Positions 7,464-15,509 of a DNA stretch of 40,627 bases are shown in pieces. Made by a program: the position numbers and the translations under genes. The notes below the pieces were generated by a model. That model ran no database searches. It saw nothing but the letters and a program-made list of their open reading frames with translations, and had not been told where the DNA came from. Numbering within the stretch: the stretch's first letter is position 1; each line of letters begins with the position of its first letter. The stretch covers positions 1 to 40,627 of the IMG/VR virus record IMGVR_UViG_3300012982_000003; one strand, given 5' to 3'. The stretch is from a virus (Duplodnaviria > Caudoviricetes).

Positions 7464-7692
7464 ACTACAAGAAGCGATAGACGAAGCAGTTAGAAGTGGC
7501 GAAATTTACATTATGGATTCGCCGGGCCCGATAGTTATGGGGCGTGGCGAAACTATAAATGGGAAAGGATGCCTGTTATCAAAAGAAAAAGGGTCGCTCT
7601 TCATATACCCTCCTCAGATGATTGAACAAATGATGAGGGCGGCAGCTGAGCGTGGCGACTTGTTTTTTGACTTTACAAACTGCGAGAACTGA
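7459..7692 (+). CDS. Hypothetical protein
   Basis: GGAG RBS and ATGA overlap favour start 7459 over 7375. Confidence 0.55.
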   Translation: MTLQEAIDEAVRSGEIYIMDSPGPIVMGRGETINGKGCLLSKEKGSLFIYPPQMIEQMMRAAAERGDLFFDFTNCEN

Positions 7693-7731
7693 GAGATAAG
7701 TATTGATGTTCTTGACCGCAGAAGATGAGCG

Positions 7732-7908
7732 ATGATAAATCAAATACCAGATTTTAAGACATGCGATCATTCATGGATATTAGTGCCTGAGTCCATATTT
7801 GCGTCAGAGTCAATTGACGTGGTGGCATGTGATAAATGCAAGTGTCAGGGGCAACGAATAGAACTGTTAGACTCTGAAATAGTCGGCATATTCTGGGAAG
7901 GCAGATGA
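7732..7908 (+). CDS. 58-aa Cys/His protein (CDHSW...CDKC), possible Zn ribbon
   Basis: Translated by hand; ATGA overlap with the glycosyltransferase. Confidence 0.5.
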   Translation: MINQIPDFKTCDHSWILVPESIFASESIDVVACDKCKCQGQRIELLDSEIVGIFWEGR

Positions 7909-8744
7909 AGGATATGCGAATGCCTTTAATCAGCATCATCATGGCTACTTACAATCGCGAGGGTACTTTGAAACGCGCGATTGACAGCGTTCTTGTCCAA
8001 GGCTACCACGATTTAGAATTGATCATTGTCGATGACGGCTCAACGGATAACACGCATGCCCTGCTCGGGCAATACAAAGACCCGCGCATTCGCATTTACT
8101 CACACCATCCAAACCGTGGGGTAACAGCCGCCAAAAATCGCGGACTAGACGCCATCAATGGCGACTGGTTTACCTTTCTGGACAGCGATGACGAAATGCT
8201 CCCCGAGGCATTGGCGACGTTCGAGGCCGTCATCAAATCAAATTCAAAAATCGACGCGATCACCTGCAACTGTATTGACTCGGTCACCGGCCATTTTTCT
8301 GGGCGAGGATTCGACAGCGATCAATATCTCGACGAGCAACAGGCGTTGAACGCTAAAGGCGAGCACTGGGGACTGACAAAGACTACCTTGTTGGGAACTG
8401 ATCGGTTTAACGAGGAACTGCCGGGCATGGAAGCAACGCTTTGGTCCAAGATCAATAGCCGCGCCACGCGATATTACATTCACAAGGCACTCAGGATTTA
8501 CCACACAGAGGGCGACGACAGGATCTCCACGGCCAACAGATCACGGGGAAATAGCTATCGCACATTTAGGGCGCTGGTCAATGAGACTCATTATTTGAGG
8601 TCGCTCGCGCAATCCAATTCCACGGCGTTTGCTAAAACCTGCATCAAGGGGGTGCTGATCGGAATACGCAATCTCGACCTTTCAACGGCTTGGCGTTATG
8701 CTGCTAAATTGGTGTGGATTTTGCCTAATAGGTGGGAGCGATGA
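7905..8744 (+). CDS. Family 2 glycosyltransferase (probable lysogenic conversion)
   Basis: ISIIMATYNR, IIVDDGSTDNT, NRGVTAAKNRG, FLDSDD; alternative start at 7920. Confidence 0.93.
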   Translation: MKDMRMPLISIIMATYNREGTLKRAIDSVLVQGYHDLELIIVDDGSTDNTHALLGQYKDPRIRIYSHHPNRGVTAAKNRGLDAINGDWFTFLDSDDEMLPEALATFEAVIKSNSKIDAITCNCIDSVTGHFSGRGFDSDQYLDEQQALNAKGEHWGLTKTTLLGTDRFNEELPGMEATLWSKINSRATRYYIHKALRIYHTEGDDRISTANRSRGNSYRTFRALVNETHYLRSLAQSNSTAFAKTCIKGVLIGIRNLDLSTAWRYAAKLVWILPNRWER

Positions 8745-8745
8745 C
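8730..8745 (+). repeat. 16-bp direct repeat, right copy
   Basis: AGGTGGGAGCGATGAC, abutting the o-spanin stop codon. Confidence 0.9.
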
Positions 8746-8982
8746 CTACCGTAGCGCGGCCTTGTCGGCGTTGCACGCTTCAACGGCCTGCCGGCATGAC
8801 CGCGCATATTCGATTAGGCTATCCCCGTCAGTGGGCGGCGCCGGTAGTTGAGTCGGCGCCGTCAGGCTTGGCGGGATCGACGGCTTGCACGCCTGTGACG
8901 TAGTCGCGCACGCTGAGAGGCAAAGGACGAGAACCACAAACGGCGAGCCAATCAACAGTAGCTTTGTCATGTAACTTGGCAT
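8746..8982 (-). CDS. Rz1: o-spanin lipoprotein
   Basis: GGAG RBS, lipobox LSAC, Pro-rich body, C...CNADK; overlaps i-spanin. Confidence 0.85.
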   Translation of the reverse strand: MPSYMTKLLLIGSPFVVLVLCLSACATTSQACKPSIPPSLTAPTQLPAPPTDGDSLIEYARSCRQAVEACNADKAALR

Positions 8983-9256
8983 TTTGATATCTCCGTAGTT
9001 CGCTCTCAGAACGCGCCTGCGCGGCTTTCGCGACAGACAGGCGCATGGATTGGGCCGCCAGCATGTGTTGATCCTGCACAAGCTGAGCGGCCTGCTGCTT
9101 GGCCTGCTCCCGGTAGGCGCCGAGGTTCTGCTCGTGCACGCGCCATGCGTAGACGCCGATCACCAGCCCGACGACGAGCATCACTTCCCAAAACAGTTTC
9201 GATCCGAGCAGTGGGCCCGCAACGGTGCGGCCTAGCCAGGCGAGTGGGGTTATCAC
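8828..9256 (-). CDS. Rz: i-spanin
   Basis: GGAGG RBS and GTG at 9256; N-terminal TM then coiled coil, W....PLP motif. Confidence 0.8.
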   Translation of the reverse strand: MITPLAWLGRTVAGPLLGSKLFWEVMLVVGLVIGVYAWRVHEQNLGAYREQAKQQAAQLVQDQHMLAAQSMRLSVAKAAQARSESELRRYQNAKLHDKATVDWLAVCGSRPLPLSVRDYVTGVQAVDPAKPDGADSTTGAAH

Positions 9257-9426
9257 GAGAACACCCTCCACAGCACAGCGGTCATCGCGACCACGATGAA
9301 AACAATCATCCCGAGCAACGCAAATAGTTGGTCGCCAGAATCACTCGGATGGGGACGTTTGCTGTCCACATAGCAGAGCGCAGCGAGGAAAAGTGAAACA
9401 ATGAAAACGATCAGGGTGGGTTTCAC
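9253..9426 (-). CDS. 57-aa two-TM protein (holin/antiholin candidate; not in ORF track)
   Basis: MKPTLIVFIVSLFLAALCYV...LFALLGMIVFIVVAMTAVLWRVFS; GTGA overlaps on both sides. Confidence 0.6.
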   Translation of the reverse strand: MKPTLIVFIVSLFLAALCYVDSKRPHPSDSGDQLFALLGMIVFIVVAMTAVLWRVFS

Positions 9427-9713
9427 GTCGCCTCTCCATTAGTGATGAAGCCGTGCCAATGACCAGATGCGCTTGCGTCAACTGACGGCGATAATGACAG
9501 GTTGTCGAACGCTTCACCGGTCATTGTCCAGATGTGATTAGTATCTGGTGAATGCGCCATGATGTAGGCGTCGATCATCGCCTCTTGCCCGGAGTGATGG
9601 AATTTCACGCCCAGCCTTTCAGTTCGGCAATGCGGGCAATCGAACGTCAACCCAACGATAGGACCGTCATGCTGAAGCACATACCAGCGCGGATTGAGGT
9701 CTGTCAGTTTCAT
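9423..9713 (-). CDS. DUF6527-like metal-binding protein
   Basis: FDCPHC, W...G....LSLSPSV, HWHGFITNG. Confidence 0.65.
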   Translation of the reverse strand: MKLTDLNPRWYVLQHDGPIVGLTFDCPHCRTERLGVKFHHSGQEAMIDAYIMAHSPDTNHIWTMTGEAFDNLSLSPSVDASASGHWHGFITNGEAT

Positions 9714-9716
9714 TCA

Positions 9717-9962
9717 TCAACTCCCATCATCCTTCGATTTGCCGTCCTTCAACCCAATCGCCGTCGCCACGTCAATCGGCTTAAGAGGTTCCGAAGTCGC
9801 CTCACGGGCCAGCACAACCAGCACGCCGACCACGAACAGCAGTATCCCGCCCACCTTTGGCGACAGGAATTGTTGCAAGGCCGAGAAATTGGACTGCACG
9901 GCCCCTAATACAGTGACGCCAGTACCGAGCCAGTAGGTTTTAGACAGCCAGCGTGACTTCAT
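9717..9962 (-). CDS. Putative holin (two TM)
   Basis: SKTYW N-terminus, two hydrophobic segments, R..T..PL and charged C-terminus; lysis cassette. Confidence 0.65.
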   Translation of the reverse strand: MKSRWLSKTYWLGTGVTVLGAVQSNFSALQQFLSPKVGGILLFVVGVLVVLAREATSEPLKPIDVATAIGLKDGKSKDDGS

Positions 9963-10093
9963 CTATCTTTCCTCGATTATGAGCGGGCCGGCTTGCTTGG
10001 CCCATATGCGCCCGGATGAACTGGTCCCATTTACGGGCTTGTTGGACGCTCATCCACGGGAATGGGTAATACACGTTTACGATCCAGTGGCCG

Positions 10094-10633
10094 TCAGCCG
10101 ATATATTCGGCGAGCCGGTCACAGCGGTTCAGCCAGCCGCTTAGGAACCGGCCTTGCGTGGGGTCGCGCTCGACGTCGTCGTGGTACCAGTCGCGTCGTG
10201 CTTGAATGTAAGCGGCTACCAGTTCGTGCACATCCTGCGCGTGAATAGCCTCCAAGGTGGCGCTGCCGATAGAGCCGTCTACCGTGACGCCAAGGACCGT
10301 CTGTAGCGTGCGCTTGGCCCCGGCAGGCCCGTGGTTAACGCACCAGTCGAAGTGCGCTATGGCAAGCTTTACGGGCATCGGCTGACAGGTACCAGCCATC
10401 CAATACTCGGACTGATAAATCGCATGCACTTCGTCGTCGGTCAGCATGCCGACAGGCTGCATTTGCAGCTTTCTGGCAAAGCGCCATGCCGAGTAGGTGG
10501 ACTGGGTTATCCCGCGATTGGTCATGCCGCCGTGGTCGGCGGGATCGTTAGACATGCCGCCTTCGGCCCACAACGTGAACCGCAATGCCGCTTCAAACGG
10601 CGGCTCATTCTGTGACCAGCTTATGGGGATCAT
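10094..10633 (-). CDS. Endolysin, glycoside hydrolase 108 with peptidoglycan-binding domain
   Basis: EGGMSNDPADHGGMTNRGIT, FDWCVNHG, VDG.IG..T, FLSGWLNR. Confidence 0.93.
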   Translation of the reverse strand: MIPISWSQNEPPFEAALRFTLWAEGGMSNDPADHGGMTNRGITQSTYSAWRFARKLQMQPVGMLTDDEVHAIYQSEYWMAGTCQPMPVKLAIAHFDWCVNHGPAGAKRTLQTVLGVTVDGSIGSATLEAIHAQDVHELVAAYIQARRDWYHDDVERDPTQGRFLSGWLNRCDRLAEYIG

Positions 10634-10887
10634 GCCTTGTCCTCCTTATTGTCCAGCTTGCCTTCGATACGATCCAGCTTGCTGAATATCGCATCGGAAA
10701 AATTCTTAAAATCTGACTTGCTGATGTAATTGTTCGCGACCGTCAATGCTTGCAGACTGATCTGCGCCTGTAATTGATCGTCCTTATCGCGAAGCTCATT
10801 CAAGGTGCCGTGAATGCTGCGAAGCAGAAACAGCACCAGTCCGCCGACCGCAAGGGCTAGCAAGTTGAAGATCGTGTTTAAATCCAT
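10630..10887 (-). CDS. Single-TM coiled-coil protein, holin-like
   Basis: N-terminal TM, YISKSDF...F.KLDRIE.KLD.K motif; ATGA overlap with endolysin. Confidence 0.65.
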   Translation of the reverse strand: MDLNTIFNLLALAVGGLVLFLLRSIHGTLNELRDKDDQLQAQISLQALTVANNYISKSDFKNFSDAIFSKLDRIEGKLDNKEDKA

Positions 10888-10904
10888 GCGCTACCCCCAG
10901 ACAT

Positions 10905-10924
10905 AAAAAAAGCCCCGAGGGGCT
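10905..10924 (-). terminator. Intrinsic terminator
   Basis: AGCCCCTCGGGGCT hairpin followed by a T run on -. Confidence 0.8.
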
Positions 10925-11240
10925 AGAAACCTTTTAACGTTCGCCGGATGTATAACCATATCCGGCTCGGCGTGAGACTCATCAATATGCCGAGGAAGAA
11001 CCCGGAAGGGCTGGCCTTTAATCCAGCAAGCCACGCGCCAGGCTCGAATCCGCTCTTGTGGTCAAGGTGCCATTGCTCATGCGCGGTGACGGATTCGACA
11101 ACGCATTTAGGGAGGTCGGACCGGACGTAGGCGACGCCCTTTGCCCAGTCGGCATAGCCAAAGTAATCTTCACCGGTGAGACTGATCATCTGTGATTTTG
11201 TGATATAGCTAATGCGAGGATCGACCATTATGGATTCCAT
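10923..11240 (-). CDS. Small zincin-like protein with HExxH motif
   Basis: VTAHEQWHL then E..AW; preceded by a G...beta-strand..RSDLP pattern. Confidence 0.6.
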   Translation of the reverse strand: MESIMVDPRISYITKSQMISLTGEDYFGYADWAKGVAYVRSDLPKCVVESVTAHEQWHLDHKSGFEPGAWLAGLKASPSGFFLGILMSLTPSRIWLYIRRTLKGF

Positions 11241-12295
11241 CAGACGAGTTTGTAGGTAAAGGACAAATTACCAACACCTTTGACTCCTGATGCCGTGAAG
11301 CCTGTATCGGAAGAATTCAATGTTAATTGCATCGTGCCAGAGGATTGCGCTCTGACAGTGCCCCCACTGTACTGGACTGCACTATTATTCCATACGCGCA
11401 CACACGTCTCGCCCTCCCCAGCCCCTACCGCTGGCGTAATCGCCGCCGGGAGGCCGGTGATCTGCAAGGACGTTGAGTTACTGGTGGCGGTCATAGCAGG
11501 TATCACAACCGTGACCATATTTCCGTTCTTGACATAGGTGGCAGTTACGGTTGGACTGGTTGTACATCCTACGAGTGTAGCGGTAAATGATCCTGATACT
11601 GACTGCGCAGGCGGCAGCCCACTGACAGTCCCGATGCCAACAAATCTCCAGTAGGTACCATCCATCTCCCAAGTAATAACATCGCCAACAGCCGCCGTGT
11701 AGGGGCCGGAACTTCCGGCAGGAGACTGCATATTTGCACTGCCTGGAAAAATATGCGCAGCATTGCACATGAATTGGCGAACGCTTCCGTTAACTACATA
11801 TCCGCCTGCGGTTCCCCAATCAGTAATCGATACCGCTGGGCCGTTCAGCCAGATTTTGTCTGAGTTGATGCCCTGTATATTATTGCTGCCTGCACCTGGC
11901 ACGATGACAGTGTACGGAGTCGCGTTGATCGCGCCGGTGAGATTGCCGCCTGCTGTCGTCAGCAGAGTAGCTGGCCCTGCTGGAAGAGTTAGTGCGCCGC
12001 CTGATCCGTTGATTGTCGGCGTGTTGATGACGGGACTTGTCAGTGTCTTATTTGTGAGCGTGTCTGTTGATGTGCGACTTACCAGTGTATCCGGTCCATT
12101 AGGGAGTGTAAGAGTGCCGCCAGAACCGTTTACAGTCGGCTGATTGAGGACTGGGTTTGTCAGCGTTCCACCATACGCAGCAGCCGCGTTGGCATTGACG
12201 TTGGATACAATGGCATTAAAGTTCGCCATCAACGGCGTCGCGTCTTCTGTCTGACCGTTCGCTATGCTGTTCGGAAGCGGGTTGATAATCGCCAT
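11240..12295 (-). CDS. Tail fibre
   Basis: NG...DA..LMANFN anchor, TDTLTNKTLTSPVIN fibre repeat, C-terminal GSFT.TL...Y.K.GN.V...ITGLP domain. Confidence 0.8.
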   Translation of the reverse strand: MAIINPLPNSIANGQTEDATPLMANFNAIVSNVNANAAAAYGGTLTNPVLNQPTVNGSGGTLTLPNGPDTLVSRTSTDTLTNKTLTSPVINTPTINGSGGALTLPAGPATLLTTAGGNLTGAINATPYTVIVPGAGSNNIQGINSDKIWLNGPAVSITDWGTAGGYVVNGSVRQFMCNAAHIFPGSANMQSPAGSSGPYTAAVGDVITWEMDGTYWRFVGIGTVSGLPPAQSVSGSFTATLVGCTTSPTVTATYVKNGNMVTVVIPAMTATSNSTSLQITGLPAAITPAVGAGEGETCVRVWNNSAVQYSGGTVRAQSSGTMQLTLNSSDTGFTASGVKGVGNLSFTYKLV

Positions 12296-12478
12296 TTAAT
12301 GCTCCAACATTTTCCGGTAGTGAAATAACACGCGCACGTACAAGTCTACGGAGATATCTTTCCGTATCAGAATCGTGTCGGTGTGTTCGATATGGCCGAG
12401 CACGTCTTCTCCGGCCCGGTCGATCATTTGTTTCTGTGTCAGATGGATAACCTTTACTTCGGTATCCAGAAAGCTCAT
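12296..12478 (-). CDS. 60-aa paralogue of the 10923-11240 protein with degenerate HExxH
   Basis: T.KQMI...GED..G.....IRKD.....V..H alignment; ATGA overlap with ligase. Confidence 0.6.
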   Translation of the reverse strand: MSFLDTEVKVIHLTQKQMIDRAGEDVLGHIEHTDTILIRKDISVDLYVRVLFHYRKMLEH

Positions 12479-13788
12479 GTTTTGTACTGCGTCGACTTTG
12501 AGTATCCCATCGCATGAAGCGCCGGGAGTTGCTTGATAAGACGATTACCTATGTCGGTCCGGTACATCGGGGAATTAGGAATCTCTATTTTTTTGACGTT
12601 CTTGTAGGCCATGCGCTTAGCCTCATTCACGGTATCGCCGACGCCGGTTATAACGGCAACGTAGTCGCCGGCAGTCACGGGCATTTGAACGTCTTTTATT
12701 TTGCCGTCAACCTCGTCTGGAGCAGTACCCAGCTTGACCTCGCAAGGATGGAAGAAATACTCAATATCCTTGGACCCATAAATTGGGACGCCGGATACTT
12801 CTTTATTGGTCATCTTTGAGTAAGGATAATCCGGGATCGACATGACCACGCCTACAGCGATATCTTCAGCAGGTGTAAACGTGTCTTTGCCGTCGAGGAG
12901 ATCAGGCATCCAGTCAACGATATCTTCGTGCAAAACCTGCATGATGTTGGACAGCGGCCAGCCAAGTCGGCATGTCCACTCCAAAGGACACGGCGTACCG
13001 TCCTCGCCAATGATGCAGTTGATATCCACATAGCCGGTATGACCTGTTTCGTGTAACACCTGCTCTAATGGCTTTAGAACGATGTCGGCGAGCTTTGACT
13101 TATTGACGTACTGAACGACGGTGCCCTGCTCCCCAGTGGCAACGCCAAGATCGTCATTCATCAATTTCTTGAATTCGTAATTCTCGCAATACCACTTCGA
13201 GAATCCACCGGGGCCAAACCAGCCACCAACAGCCATTTCAATGCCGGGAACGAACTCTTGCAGGATGAACGGGGATTTTAATTTCTGCTGCTTCTTCCAG
13301 CGTTGGAGCATGTAGATCATGTCTTTCGGAGACTTGGAGCAATACGACAAGGCTTTGTCGGCATCGCCTGATGGCTTGGACACGAACCGCTTTCTGGTCT
13401 TATCGACGTACTGTATGGCTTTGTCGTAATCGCTGAACGTCTTGGATTGGATAATCTCAAGACCGCACCGCTTCAACGCCTGCTGGCCTTTCTCACGGTC
13501 AAGTTCAAGCTCGGCAGACGCCAGCGTCGCACCTAATATCGGATAACCGTATTGACGGTAGGTCTCCAACTGGTGCAGGTACTTCGTGTTATCCGTGAGC
13601 AGAACAAGGTCGGCCCAGCGCATCCACTTGGTCCAGTCTTTAACCTTCTCTATCATGCCGTCGCCGACCGTGTTGACGGTCTGGTTCTTCTCGTTGGCCA
13701 TGAACACCTTCACGGCATGGCCTTTCTTGATACAACGCAGTGCGAAGTCCAAGGACGCGGAACCCACGTCGATTATCAGGATGTTGAT
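12475..13788 (-). CDS. PurD (GARS)-like ATP-grasp ligase
   Basis: ELELDR, FVSKPSG, FILQEFVPGIE, TGEQG, LEWTCRLGWP, GDTVNEAKRMAY, YRTDIG; start 13788 (ATC) or 13767 (GTG). Confidence 0.88.
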   Translation of the reverse strand: MNILIIDVGSASLDFALRCIKKGHAVKVFMANEKNQTVNTVGDGMIEKVKDWTKWMRWADLVLLTDNTKYLHQLETYRQYGYPILGATLASAELELDREKGQQALKRCGLEIIQSKTFSDYDKAIQYVDKTRKRFVSKPSGDADKALSYCSKSPKDMIYMLQRWKKQQKLKSPFILQEFVPGIEMAVGGWFGPGGFSKWYCENYEFKKLMNDDLGVATGEQGTVVQYVNKSKLADIVLKPLEQVLHETGHTGYVDINCIIGEDGTPCPLEWTCRLGWPLSNIMQVLHEDIVDWMPDLLDGKDTFTPAEDIAVGVVMSIPDYPYSKMTNKEVSGVPIYGSKDIEYFFHPCEVKLGTAPDEVDGKIKDVQMPVTAGDYVAVITGVGDTVNEAKRMAYKNVKKIEIPNSPMYRTDIGNRLIKQLPALHAMGYSKSTQYKT

Positions 13789-15509
13789 GGCGACTTCCTT
13801 GCTTTCATTCGGCGTTTACGGGCGGCGTCACGCTCTGCTTGTTGCTTTAGAGTGATGGAAGATTTAGCGCCAGCAGATGCCGAAGTACCTTTACCAAGCG
13901 AACTATTGACTACGGAAGAAACGGGCTTTGCAATTGAATTGGCACCATAACTGGGGTGAACGAAAAGCTTCTGGTAAGGTTTGGACATGATTAAATGTCT
14001 GGCGGCAGGACGTGCCGCCACGCCAGCCATTGCCAAAGGATTATGAGAAGCCGCTCCCATCAATCCGCCAACGCCATAATCGAAAATAGTGAACGGATTG
14101 GAAGACGTTTCTTTCGGGATTCGGTTAACGTCCTTAAAGACGTTGGCAAATTCACCGATGGTCTTGAATGCGCCGGTCATTGGTTTTTCGGCCTGCACTC
14201 TGGCGGCGAACTTCTGAGGATTAACGCGGCCAGAACCTTCTTGTATGGCATCCTCGACGGTGTGCGCTTTGGCCATCAACGTCCTTGCGTCCCTGAATCC
14301 CTTTAACATGGATGTGCCTTGCTTGCCGGTTGCCGCAAGCTGCCTTTCAATCTTGTCCTCAATGGCCTTTGCGATACCGAGATTGGCTTTACCTAGTGCG
14401 TTATCGCCAGTCTTGAACGCCTTGCTAGCATCGTCCCTTAGAATCTGGACGGCATCAATCGCGTCGGCAGCATCAAAATGCTTAACCCTGAACGAATCGA
14501 CAAGATTGTTAACATCCGACTTCACCGCATCTGGAAATGAATTACTCGCGCCCTTGTACTTGGCTACGATGTCATCCAGACGGGCATTATATTTTGCATC
14601 GGTCGATACAATGCCGGCGCTCTTTACCGGAACGTAGCCGTCCTGATATGCCTTCGCCCTGATCTGCTGCATGGACTCTGACGTGATAGGCGCATCTTTA
14701 GGCAGGCCCATTTCCTTCCTGACTAATCGCTCTGTCACGTCTTGATTCTTTATTTCTGCCAATTGCTGGCTTTTGAACTTTCCAGACACGCCAGATAGTA
14801 GACGGCTGCCAACGCCAGCGCCGGCCATTGGTGGCGTCACCACATAACCTTCTTTCTGTGCTGCTGAGAGCGTGGCATCCCTTACTGAATTTTGTGACTG
14901 TCGAGTAGCCGCTTCTTCGGATTTTCTGGCTACCCTCTGAGACAACCATGAACCGATCTTGTCCCCGGCAAACTTACCCGCAGCACCACCCGCAGCGCCG
15001 GCAGCGATATTAAGCCCGCGAGACTCGCCTTTAGACGTTGGCTGCAAGGCGCCCATCGCGGCACCTACACCCATCGCGCCACGCAATGTTCCAGCGCCGG
15101 GGATAACAGCGCCGGCAGCGACAGAACCAAGAACGTTACCTACCTTTCCGGAGGTTGTCGCCATCAACGGCGCGTCGAGTTTTTTGGATTCGTCTACGCC
15201 TGACTGGACGTTGCTCGGATTGAACATATCCGTCTTATTCAGGACGGGGACGTGGGACAATATCTGCTGTGCGCCACGGCCCATATCGACAACAGACTTA
15301 CCAGCGCCAGCGGCTACCTTGTCGAAGGTAGACATGCTGTCAGTGGGGTCGTATTTATCCGGCTGAGCGAGGTTATGGGCACCCAAAGGCGGAACCGACT
15401 TGAACAGGTCGGGGTGATCTTTACGCAGCGTCGCATCTATTTTGTTATGGTCCCAGTCATCTGGGAAAGCAGCGTAGTTCCCGTCTGGCAGCTTGGCGTA
15501 TTGCGGCAT
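13776..15509 (-). CDS. Ejection/internal virion protein (largest)
   Basis: Ala/Gly-rich; position after tail hub; TAATG overlap gives start 15509. Confidence 0.65.
   Translation of the reverse strand: MPQYAKLPDGNYAAFPDDWDHNKIDATLRKDHPDLFKSVPPLGAHNLAQPDKYDPTDSMSTFDKVAAGAGKSVVDMGRGAQQILSHVPVLNKTDMFNPSNVQSGVDESKKLDAPLMATTSGKVGNVLGSVAAGAVIPGAGTLRGAMGVGAAMGALQPTSKGESRGLNIAAGAAGGAAGKFAGDKIGSWLSQRVARKSEEAATRQSQNSVRDATLSAAQKEGYVVTPPMAGAGVGSRLLSGVSGKFKSQQLAEIKNQDVTERLVRKEMGLPKDAPITSESMQQIRAKAYQDGYVPVKSAGIVSTDAKYNARLDDIVAKYKGASNSFPDAVKSDVNNLVDSFRVKHFDAADAIDAVQILRDDASKAFKTGDNALGKANLGIAKAIEDKIERQLAATGKQGTSMLKGFRDARTLMAKAHTVEDAIQEGSGRVNPQKFAARVQAEKPMTGAFKTIGEFANVFKDVNRIPKETSSNPFTIFDYGVGGLMGAASHNPLAMAGVAARPAARHLIMSKPYQKLFVHPSYGANSIAKPVSSVVNSSLGKGTSASAGAKSSITLKQQAERDAARKRRMKARKSPSTS

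Noticed and set aside
9940-10122. 60-aa ORF between endolysin and holin
   Set aside because: Overlaps both neighbours, no clear RBS or motif
12475-13788. Genuine purD auxiliary metabolic gene
   Set aside because: Substrate-side motifs differ and the context is structural; gene symbol withheld
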